The notes under the pieces were generated by a model that did no database searches, was not told the DNA's origin, and saw only the letters and a list, made by a program, of their open reading frames with translations. DNA of 63,847 nt, counting the filler, from Hausera hauseri (lineage: Eukaryota), in NCBI GenBank assembly GCA_046269625.1. It is 12 parts of 12 records of this genome, joined end to end, with 100 filler letters (N's around TTAATTAATTAA, not from the genome) between each part and the next. Parts side by side here need not be neighbours in the genome. Positions count along the whole stretch, not along the records: positions 37,476 to 46,460 come from JBJURY010492131.1; positions 46,561 to 51,240 come from JBJURY010477799.1; 10 more parts are not named here. One strand, 5' to 3'. Below, one piece after another: positions 39,542 to 51,340 of the stretch. Every line of letters starts with the position of its first letter. Position 1 is the stretch's first letter. Made by a program: the position numbers and the translations under genes.

Positions 39542-42500
39542 TCACAATGATTTAAGATTTGAGATTCTGGAGCAGTATCCACAATGTGCAGTTAGGCCTT
39601 GTCTTGATCTAAAATAACGGTTGTTAAGTGTTAGTAAGTTATTTCTACCTAGATAAGCAAAGCGCCAAGTATCATATTTTAGGCTAATATTATGAATAAC
39701 CTTATTAGATAGGTAATGTTTAGCAATCATTATTGCAAATTTACCCTGGTAGTTTTTATTTTCTTTATTAGCGGGAGGCCTCTTCCACTCATCAAAGTAG
39801 AAAGTATGGACAAACTGATGTAGGATTTTACAGCAAGAGGACATTTTGAGGCTATCAATCTTACAGAGTTGATCCTGTGTTTTAATGGTTATGAGAATCT
39901 CATTTTCACTATTGGTTTGAAAATGAGCTACAATACCTAATCGCCTCAGGTGTTTTACAGAGCTTCTAATTTTAGTCCACCACGTGAGGTGGGGGCATTT
40001 GAGTGGTTTAGATATTCCATTCAGCCAGTTCAGGGCATCCTCAAAAGAGGTGTTTTCTGAGAACCTGTCCTTAACTATTTGATGTAGGTAATTTTTAGTT
40101 ACGTGTCTTATCAATGGGTCATGGCTATTAAATAGTTGTAGTGCGTGACTTAGGTTTTGTACAGCATATTCGTTTTTACTAGACATGAAGCCAAAGCCTC
40201 CCTGTTTGGTGCCTACATAGAGGAAGTCGTTTCCAGCATCACTTGTGGGGGGTTTTAGTATTATTTTCTTAAGTATTCTTATAAATTTGCGGTCATAGTT
40301 AAAATATTCACGAGCTTTTCCGCCACTCAACTCAGTGTGCAGAGAAGTCCACGGGACTATTCGATTACGGAAATGAAATTGAAGTTTAGAGTGGAGAAAT
40401 ATTTTGTAAGCTGATATTTTTTGCGCTGGATGCAGTGCGCTATTAGCTATAGTTTCCCAGTTGGAAATGTTCTGTTCTAGTAGTTCTTGGAGGCCTTGTT
40501 TTTTCTCATGGCCAAAGGGCACTCCTAAGTAATGGTAGTATTGTTCGCCTTTAATAGTGGGTATGGTTTGGCCGTATAATTTAAGTTCCGGCATTTCATC
40601 ACTTTTATTCATTGAAAAGTATCCGCATTTGGTGGGATTAAATATTAGGTTGACCTGCTCCGCTAGTTTTGCTATGTGTTGTATTGCCTTATTTAAGTCG
40701 TTGTACGATTTTGCTATATATACTATGTCGTCTGCATATGCTAGACAACGAATAGGTTTATCAAATAGGATGACTGGATCGTCGATGATTTTATCAGCTT
40801 CAGTTAGTAGAAAGTTTATAATCAGGGAGAAGAGCGTCATAGACATTGGGCATCCCTGTCTAACGCCACGTTTAATGTCTAATTTTGGAGTTTGGTAGTT
40901 AGCATAGGAGTATGTAGTTGAGCAATTTTTATATAGTCTCCTAATGAGATATCTAGTATCCTTATTGAGGCCTAATTTTTTAAGAGTGAAGTTTATGAAG
41001 TGATGGGGTACTGACGGGAAAGCATCCTTAAGGTCTATAAAACATATGTGGACATGATTGTTTTTATGCCTAATAGTTTGTTCATAGAGGCAGGTAAGTA
41101 TAAAGTTATGCTCAGCACACGCATTGGGTGCACTGATCGCTTTTTGGAGTGGATGGAGAAGGTTTCCAGCTGAGATCCAGAGGAGGAGTCTTTCGTTTAT
41201 GATTTTAGCAAACAGTCTATATGCCGTGTCTAGCACTGCGATAGGCCTCCACGAAGAGGTTAAGTATGAGTATTCCTCCTTTCCCGGTTTTGGGATGAGG
41301 GTTGTCCTATAGGTCTTCCATTGATCTGGAATATCGCAGTTTAGGAGGATATGGTTAAATAATTTGCCAAGTGCCTCGAGTTGTGGATCCAGGATCTTCC
41401 ATTGATCATATTTAATACCGTCCTCTCCAGGACTACTATTAGCAGTAGATTTTAAGGCCTTTTTAATTTCGTCCGTGGTGATAATTTCTCTGGTGACGTT
41501 ATCTTGAAAGTATGGTACTGAGAGAAAGGTGTATCTAGTGTCTATAATGTTGGGAGTATTTTGAGTATAGTGGTCAATGAAGGCTTGCTTTGGAGGAAGA
41601 GCAACCTCTATGGTGGGGTGCAAGATCTTTTGTATCGTAAGTTTTGGGTTTCTTAAATATTCCAGACGTATAGACCATTCTTTGTTGTTTTCTTTATATT
41701 TTGTCATTGGGTGGCGTATATTAGTTAGTTTCATTGGAAAGATTTCCTCTTTAGCTCGCATGGCTTCCTTAAGAAAGTATGTTGATCCCATTCCAGGTTC
41801 ATTGAGATAAAGCAATGCTTTCTCAATGAGTGGATGGATTTGTTTATTTTTATTAGGCCTAAATTTTCTGTTTTTGGCATATTTTACGATTAATTGATTA
41901 ATCTCTTCTCGGAGATTATTCACTTCACAGTTCTTGAAGTTTGTATTTTTATGTTCAGTGTAGTGTCTGGCATAGTGTATAATAAAAACACCTGAGTCGC
42001 TTTCATTATTCTGAGTTGGGTAGTTAAGGTTTTGTTCTAACGCAAGGGATTCGTACACTGTTAAGTAGGAAAAGTGATAAAGTAATTCTGCCAACCTACT
42101 CGCTATAGTGTAATGTTCATCAGTAATGGTAGTTGAGGATGGATCCAGTATTAGGTATTTTTGAAGGGTTCTATTTACTATAAACAGAAGCCAATGATTA
42201 CGGCCCACACGGATTGGCCAAAGTGCTATTTCCCAGTCACAGAGTTTAGAGAATGGAAAATTATTGTATAGATTTTTAAAGTCGTTTTGGAGCAAAGATT
42301 TTGCCGTAAGTGGGCTAATGAAGATAGTGTCTGCATTTCTATTGGTGCAAAAATATCTGAGACATAGCTCCATTACCCACTCTGAAAGTCATTTGTCATT
42401 CGCGTCTTTTTCCTGTATAGGCAAGTCTAAGTTTAGGAGTTCTTCTGTAAATATTTCATTGGCGGGGTGGGTGTTTATGCAGTGTCTATTTATTGCATTT

Positions 42501-45500
42501 AGTGGAATAAATGTTTTACAGAGGTTACACTTTATCTGATTGTCATGTATGGTGGCTTGATGCTTTTTGATTTTAAGATGTTGATTGAGTTTGGGTGTGA
42601 ATTTTTTTGCATCTTGATCGTATAGTGATTCAAAGCTGCAGTTAGGTAGTTGACATTGAGCCACTATGTGTTCATTAGGCTTTCCTATTAGTATAAAAGG
42701 TGTTTGTGGAGTAAGTTTCGGTGCTTCGATATGCCCAGCTCCCGCTTTATATTTGTAGGGAGTGCTATTGGCTAACGGAGTTGGCGGTTTATTGGTCCTA
42801 TTTCTGATATCCTTAATGTCAATTGGGAGTATTGTTTCTTCTTTTGAGATTAGGATCATATAGCCACATATATACGGGCCGCAGTCATCCCTATTTGATT
42901 GTGGCTCATAATCCCTGTTCTTTAATAATCCCTTGTATTCCAGATCGGGGATCTGAAATACTATTTTGAATACAATTATTCTGCTTAGGAGAAGTCTTAT
43001 GTGAATATCCATGGAAGTGGTTTTTTTATATGGGTCTAAAAAGTATACAGTTTTGTCGCCCCTATTTATATGTAGTACGGACCAGTGACCATCATGGTTG
43101 ATGGTGATAAAAATGTGTTTGGCTGTCGCGCACAATTTGGCTTCAGCCGCAGGCATATTTAAAGGTGCTGTTGTTACATAGTCGTTGGGGAATAATCTGA
43201 CGAATTTATCCCAGGAAATATAGAGGGAGCTGGTGTCGAGCATTACTCTGGTGCCCCAGAAGTCAACCTGATCTGCAGTGAACTTTTGTCCCGGTCGCAG
43301 ATTTTTCTTCCTTGAGCTACCCAGATTGGGTAGCATTGCCGTTAAGGCCTCGTCATACACTATGGAAAAATCAATTGAGTCTAATGAGGTTATGTTTCGG
43401 GGGTCATTATCGCTGTTCGGTATACTTTTAATATTGTTTACCTGTTGTTTCTCTGAATCGATGTACGCACCGGGATTGCGAACGCTGGCATCTTCGTTAT
43501 GAGGAGGCGTTACTAACAGTGGGGTGCTATCCTGAACTTCCCGCATCATATGCGCGGTAGCTTTGCGAATATCCTGCGCATTGACAGAGAGGAAGGTAGC
43601 ACCCTTAGCTATTTCAGCCATATATCCACAAATGAAGGGGCCACAGTCGTCAGTGTTGTGAGGAGGTTGATGATCTTTATTCATAAAGAGACCAGCGTAG
43701 GTCAGATTTGGTATATTGAATATAGTCCTAAAGATTTCAAGCCTATCCTGAAGGAGTTCGGCAGGAGTTTTGTATAGCAAGGAGGATTCGTATGGGTCTA
43801 TAAGGTGGAGCGAGGACGTGTTTCGGTTTATGTGAGCCAGCATCCAGTGGTTAGCATGCCAGATAGAAATGAGAATATGAGAAGCATTAGTTGCCTTATT
43901 TCTTTTTATGGGCCCTAACTTGGCGAAGCGTGAGGTATTTTCGTTGTTCGGGAATAGGTAAGATAGTAAAATAGCGGAGATATAGAAGATATTGTGATTG
44001 GCAGCAATGTTGTCACCCCAGAGGTCGATCTGTTGATCGGAGAACCATAAGGGCCGACCTTTAAGAGGCGAATATTCTTTAGTGGGGATTAATTCAGTCA
44101 TTAGGGCATCCGGCTGATAGGTGGTAGAATTATTGGGATTTTCTACAGAGTCCTCTCTCGGCTGACAGATGTCCTGTTCTCCGATCTCATTTACATTAAC
44201 AAAGTCTACGATTATAGGATCATCGCTTGCAATGCTGAAAGTTTCGGAAGGCGCTTGAGGTTTACTTGGGGGAGTATTTTCAGGGTTGTCAGTTTGAGTA
44301 CCTATTGCAGTTGCGTATGTCACCGTTGTTTGGGTACATGAGTCTACCCAGGTTGTGATTTGTCTAGTAGAGAAGGGTGGTATTGTGTCAGTTTGTGAGT
44401 CGATATTCTTATGCGTGGAGTATGCAGGGTATATTGGAGGACTAATGAGGTCCAGGAGCAGGGGAGAGGAGCTATCAAGTGGGTTTATTACTTTGCTTGG
44501 TTTGTATTTATTTGTAGCATTAGTTTTGCTATGGGTGATGTTCATTAATTGTTGTGTCATAGTATTGTTTGTAGCCTTTGTAGGATTTTGTTGGGAGTTA
44601 AAATTTCTTACAAGATATTTTGCCGGGAATTTGCTTAATAGGGTTGTGTGAGAGTTATTGTCGGTCGAGCAGGAAGTAGTTGATAGGCATTCGAGGAATT
44701 CCAGAATTTTAGAGATAGAGGTGAAGTGGAGTGACGTGTTTGTTGGTTTTTCAGTTTTATATACTCGCAGAAAGGAATTAAGGAAGCTTAATGCCATCTC
44801 TTTGATTTTAGAGTTTTTGTATGCTGTTCTAATGTTGACATGAACACTATAGCCTTTTGTGAAGAAGTGTCTTAGGGCCAGGGCAGATGGGATATAAGGT
44901 AGTAATTCAGGTTGAGTTGAAGTCATGTTACCTGGTAGTGGCCAGCTGAAGAAAGGCCTGCTTTTGGCAGGAGGAGGAGCAACTATTTTATCCACATTTT
45001 GTGTTTCAAAGGAAACAAGCGGAGAGATAATGTTTTGGTCCTTAGAGGTTACTGGGAGAGGTAATATGTTTTCATCCAATTCACGTGGGGCATCTTCCGT
45101 TTTCGTAGCTGGTGGATTAGTATCGATTATTCTTACTGGGAATGCAGCTTCCAGTTGCGTAAGTTCCTCAGGCGTGTTGTATATTGTTGCCATTGATAGG
45201 AGTTGGAGGAATTTGATTATATCGCTCCTTGACTCAAAGCATACGGGACGGTAGTGGGTTTTATTTCTATATACTCTCCGAAAGCTTCTTATGAATAGTA
45301 ACGCCATATTAACGAGCCTGACATCAGTCATTTTTGTATATGGATCTACGGAATGACTGTAGCCTTTGTTAAAGAAGTGCTCCAGTGCTCTGACAGTGGG
45401 TAAGTATTTGATGAGTTTGGGGCACTTAGTGTTGATAGAATTATTTGGAGACCAATGGAACTTCTGAACAGGCGGGTGTTGTATAGCTGTTGGTTTATCT

Positions 45501-46460
45501 TTATTTTTATTTCTACTCGTGGTATCACCTGAAATTATGATGGTTTCTTTAGCACTGGGAGGGCATAAATGAGTGACCATTAGTGGATGAATTATAGATA
45601 CGTTTAATGTTTTCCAGAGTCGCAGAAAACTAGAAGGCTGCCTCTGCACAATGAAATGTTGTATCGCTTTTATGAAATTAAATATTTCCCCTTCGGTTTT
45701 AAAGGTGTAGGTTAGTTTTGGTGTAGAGTCATCCAATAAGGGCCTCACAGTCTTAATGGCAAACATACGGGTGGTTAATTTTTTTAGGAGCGCTGTAGAA
45801 AACTGCTGCGTCTTGATGTAGTGGGTATTTTGTCCCATAATAAGTCTATCTAAGTCAGCCAGTAGTATTTCTGCCTCTCGAGGTAGTGAAGTTGCTGTGT
45901 CATAGACGTATTGCTCAGCGTCTACTTCAGGCAGGTTTAAATTAGGTCGTTCAGGTAACGTAGTTTTCTTGGCGGCTTCTGGATTCACCATGTTATCAAG
46001 TGTTCCATTGCAGAAAGAGTCAATCAATTTAGTCAGATAATCCTCAGGAAGACAGAAAGATTTTGCCGCTCGACGTAGGAAAGTTAGGATTACCTCTGCA
46101 CGTGTTATTCTCGCCGGTCTTTTGACGTTTGACGAAGGTACTCCTGGCAGTAACCTATAAATTCCTATACATAGTGTACTTATTTCTTGGAGTACTTTTT
46201 CCGAGATACAGGTTTTGTCGAATTTGATCCATTTGCAACTATTTGACATGAGAAAGATTTTTATGTCTATAATTATACCACAGAGTATAGATTTTGGGGA
46301 TATATTATTATTATCAATAAAAGATAGAGGGTTTGATTTAGTAATTTGAGCATATGAAGGTTTACTCTTATGAGGCAGAGATTTTATTACTTTGGCATGT
46401 TGACTCAACTTAATTGGCTGTCCAGGAGCGGGTGGCTTATGCACTATTAAGATGTTACTA
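39542..46460 (-). mobile_element. NeSL/R2-group non-LTR retrotransposon; one ORF of about 2300 aa broken by a single TGA; endonuclease end missing
   Basis: ORFs 46444-42389 and 42373-39542 share a frame across K*LSEW; three Ulp1-like domains; two C2H2-like fingers; RT SPGEDG, WRPIA, GVRQGCPMS, YADD, YLG, GGFG; ends at HCGYC without the full CCHC or RLE. Confidence 0.92.
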
Positions 46461-47139
46461 NNNNNNNNNNNNNNNNNNNNNNNNNNNNNNNNNNNNNNNN
46501 NNNNTTAATTAATTAANNNNNNNNNNNNNNNNNNNNNNNNNNNNNNNNNNNNNNNNNNNNCAGTACAGCGAATATTCGCTCAGAAATTCCCGGTTGTATA
46601 ATGAATACAAGTTACATTATCTGCGCAACGCTATTCAATTGCCATTGACGCAAACGGTCAAAATCAAACCGGTGAAATATGGTTTATTGGTGAAAAAGAT
46701 CAGCGACGATGATTTAGATACGATGAAGGACACAATTAGAAAAGCTGACAGTGATTTGGCGTTGAGTATAGATATTTGAGATACATCGTCGATTTTACTC
46801 AAAGGAAATAAGGCGAAAATTGTCGGTTCACATGGCGGAGAGACAGCAGCAAAAGTAGTTTTCCCACCGGAAGAAACTAAAGGCCATCTAACATTGAAGT
46901 CTAAAGGATACAAGGGTCTGCACGGCGTTAAATCACCAATATGGAACCTGGGAAAGTTTACGCTGATTGGACTTACTTTTCTTTTGATTTTAGCTTATGA
47001 TCAATAAATATAATTGAGTTTATTTTTTATATTGTTTAGCTCATTAAATTATATATATGGATAAATAGATAAATTAAATTATAATAAACATTAGCTAAAA
47101 GCATTAAACAATGTGCATTATTTGCAAAATATTCCAATA

Positions 47140-50100
47140 TACAGATGATTATTATAGTAACTGGATCACCGCATGGTTATGTCCATCGATATCTCTGTAT
47201 TGCATCGCCATCGTCGCTGAAGTATTCGCGTGTTTTTTTCCAAACGCCAATGTTTGTATGCCCAATTCTTATTTCGCTCCACCCATTTTCGCTTGTCATC
47301 GTTGCATGAAAAGCAACATTTTTATTTGTGATGGTAGACAGCTGGTGCTCAATTGATCGTATGGTCGTTTAAAACACAACAGCCTTTCCTTCTTCTTCTT
47401 GTCCATCATAGACGCGGCGATAATCACCGTGATTTATTTCCGTCTGTTTTAGTTGGATGCCTTTTGCCCTCATTTTTAGCCCACAGTGCGTCAGAAGACT
47501 GTAGCACTTTGGGCGCAAAAATATCAATTCCCTGTATTGAACACGGCCTTCACTTTCGTCCTTGAAGCAGGCGATTTTGTTGGTGATCGCACTGCTGTAC
47601 AATGGATGATCCGGTGGGTAGTTGGACGTGTCCAGTAGTCCATCTGCCATCATTTGCCGAAGCAGCTGGTTGCAATTGACGTTTTTCAGCTCAATGAAAA
47701 ATATGTGTGTTATCGGCAACGATACTAATCTCACAGTGGCCACCGCCGCCGAACATTTGCGGGTAACGTGCCAAGTCGCGATATTTGAGCTCGTACATTC
47801 GCAACTTCCTCAGGCCCAATACCATTTGTCCCATGTAGCTTGGCCGGTCCAGTACGAATTCTTCCCGGTTTAGAAGCACGACGACCAATCCATCGGCAAT
47901 GTGCATTGACCGCCTGAACTGAGCTTTGTGGTGTACGTAACCAGTCGTTTTTTGTTGATGCACAGGCACACTTTGAGCTGCTTCTTCAGATTTTCCACTG
48001 CTTTCCCGTAAAGTAAATTGTTTTTGAGTTTGAAATAGTCATTATCGAACCTTGTACAAGTTGCGGCTCGTTTCTCTGAATTTTCATCAATGAACGCCTT
48101 GAATATCGGCGCCTGATTGAAGCGGATTGCTTGATGCAGCTGTGACGCATACACCGAGCTGCATGTAAAACAGCAGTGGACGTCAATGAATTACGTAATT
48201 TGATTTGGGTTCATATGTTATGAGCAGCTTCTTTACTTTTGTTGAGCCGCCGGGCGGACATTGGCTAATTGGTGCGACAGGCAGTTCATCCAGAAAGTCA
48301 TGCAGCTCATCTGGTTTCACAAGATCGACCTCTATCAGGTATCCGATTGAGCTGTTTTCTGCTGTTGTCGTGTCTGGCGCCCTCGACAGATTTTCCAGTA
48401 TTGTGTCCATGTCCTGTTTGTCGACTGTCCATTCAAATGAACCGTACGGCAAGGGTTGCGGTAGTCCCAGCCGTACAGGTTATTAATATCAATGTACAAC
48501 ATTGATGTTGTATCATCGTCATCATTCGTTACGTGATGCTTGTTGACAAATGCCATGCCGCCACCAATACTAACATCAAATAGCCGGTACATTTACGGGT
48601 CTTGCAACAGCTCAATTTCCCTGTGCAGCGACATTAGTGCCGATGTCAAACTCATCCCCAATATGGAGTAAGAATTTAGCGGCTCCAGCCTATCTTCCGA
48701 CACCGTCATAGCACGAAATGTCTGAAACACATCGGCTGACAAGTACACGTCCAGTTTCAGATACTGGAGCATGTACTCCAACATGTTTCTGCAGCCAAGC
48801 TCTGTCAACACTTCCTGTGCTCTGTAATACTCGTCCTCTCTGATTCCTGTCCATTCTGACGGCAATTCATCTGTTGTCTGAAGTCACTCGTACGACACAG
48901 CAAAGTCATAGAGGAATATACCTTTGTTGCGTGCAATATGTGTATGGAACTGTGTTGAGGTTATCGGCATATCCGGCAAGGCATTTATCAGCTTCGCCAG
49001 TGATTCATTGAGAAATTGCAATGAATCAAGGAAGCGTATCTGGAACCGGTTAATACGAGCAGATAGGAACAAGTACTTCTCCATTGATGTTGGGATTATG
49101 GACAGTTCCTAGTGCAAAAATCCGTTGATGGCCCATTTCAGTATATGGTGACAATCATATTCTCGGAAATTATAAAAGATCACTGGTTGGAATGGCCGCA
49201 TACGCCTTGTTAAATTGCATGGGTTGCATGCTGCTCCCAGGTATTGACAGGTGAAATGATCATAGTCCGGTACTAATCGTTCCTGTGCATCATACGGTAA
49301 TATTTTGTGGTACAGATAACATTCCTCTGTGACTGCAAACGTCAGGCGTTCGTCTTCAACTGTCAAAATCAGGGGTTTTGTGCTGTTATTGCGATAAAAT
49401 GGCTCGATTTCCGTTGCCATTATCGTTTTGAAAGGCTGCAGGAAATCACGTTCACAGTTCCAGCCGTGAAATACGTAATACTGCGGCTGACCGACCGCTT
49501 TTATTGGGACAACCAACATACCAACGGCGACTGGAACGTGTTTTTAATCATACGCGTTGTGCCGTGGTAGAATTACCTCAATATCGGCATATACCACATA
49601 TGCCGGACTGTCCGTTTTCGACCAGCCATTGAGTCGGAACTCCTTTTTGAGTGGCATGACGTACATGGTTGTTCCAGTTGAATTCTACTTGCACATCGTC
49701 ACATGTTTCTCCCATGTTGTTTTTGACCTGAAACCATGCAGACATGCAGGACGCCATTTACATTGTATACGCTTTTAGACAAACGGATGGTGATCCATGT
49801 TCAACAGTCGGTCCAAATTGGTCACTGCTATGTAATGGAACTTTTCTTTTTGCTCCAGCAGTAAGAGATATATTGGGCGTCCACTTGCGTTCTGATTTCG
49901 ATACATTATGTCCACACGGGGTTCTTATATATCACTTCGTTTGTCGTATTTCTATTATTGTATTGTACGCAACACAATTATTACCAGTGTTGGATTACGC
50001 CATTCAAAAGCCGAAATGATTTCTAGTTTCGGAAAAATACTGCCAATACTGATTTGGACGTTTTGCACTATATCTGTCCACTTGGTCATATTTTATTATT

Positions 50101-50550
50101 ACCAGAATACTGTACAGAATACAATATTCGTCGTCAGTATTTTTTACATTCACTACTGCATGTGAATGCTGCAGGGCTGTAGGTGACGGTATTAGTGATC
50201 GCCGGACAGGTAAATTATGTCACTCGACTTTGTTACAATAAAGCCGAGAGTGACAATTCGTATAATTAGACATCCTCTATCCTTTTCAGTGTAGTTGGCG
50301 ATTTTCTCCTCGAACGCCTCACCTACGTCGTCAATAAAATCTTCGGAATACGGTATGTCTCGATGTAACAGGTACCATTGTTTCCTGTCACCTTCCAAAT
50401 TTTCAAAATCTGCAAGTGCATAATATTGCACTTTGCAGTGGTCATGTTGGAATTTGGCCACCTCTGTTTCCAACCGGTTACGCAAATGACTGGGTGCATA
50501 CGTCATTTCAGTTGCTGTTTTCGCCGACATGTCTATCTTTATGTGCACGT
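47140..50550 (-). mobile_element. polB: Polinton/Maverick (adintovirus-like) protein-primed DNA polymerase B, heavily disrupted
   Basis: DYDHFTCQYLGAACNPCNL, FYNFREYD, RFLDSLQFL, YLKLDV, YIDINNLYGW, FKLKNNLLYGK, HPLYS..FKDE..LRPKCYS. Confidence 0.92.
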
Positions 50551-51340
50551 ACGATCTGTCCAGATCATACTTGTCTGTAATGTTGGGAATACTGGCCTCC
50601 TGATCTTTTTGATGATGTTACTGCTCCTGCTGCTGCTGGGTATTGTTTCTGATTAAGTCGTCAAGATTTGTTGAGACCTGGCGTTTTCTATTAGTTGTTG
50701 TTGTTGATGACAGGATGCTGCTGCTGCTGTCCATAAATATTTGTTTCTTCGACTGCTTAAATTGGTTCAAATGGTCCTTGTGCAGATTATAAAATTGTTC
50801 ATAGTTGAGCTAAGCTTCAACTATTGAACAACTGGGAAAAACGTAGGTTCGTTTATTGTGCAGCGTTGTGCTTATGCCATATTTCTGCTCAATTGTACTA
50901 TGACAACCACTTTATTACTACAGTAGTGTTGGTATGTGGAACAATGCACATACATCATCTTCTTGGGCCGCGTAAACGGACCGAGATGATGCTTGTGCAT
51001 TTCATAAAAGTCGGGGTACGGACAGCGGGTTGGAACATCACACGTTGGACACACATACGTGTCCGAACCAATTTTGTAATATTCTGCCATCTCTTCATGG
51101 CACTGATCCTCCTTCTCCTCCACATGTATGCGCGAGACGCAGTACATGGGATATTGCTTACATTTCTAAATTTAAACAAATTAACAATATTTAAAATTAT
51201 GAATAAAATAAACGCGTAAAATTAAACATTAAAAATAACTNNNNNNNNNNNNNNNNNNNNNNNNNNNNNNNNNNNNNNNNNNNNTTAATTAATTAANNNN
51301 NNNNNNNNNNNNNNNNNNNNNNNNNNNNNNNNNNNNNNNN

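Noticed and set aside
40557-45254. Plus-strand ORFs opposite the non-LTR ORF
   Set aside because: Antisense shadows with no motifs
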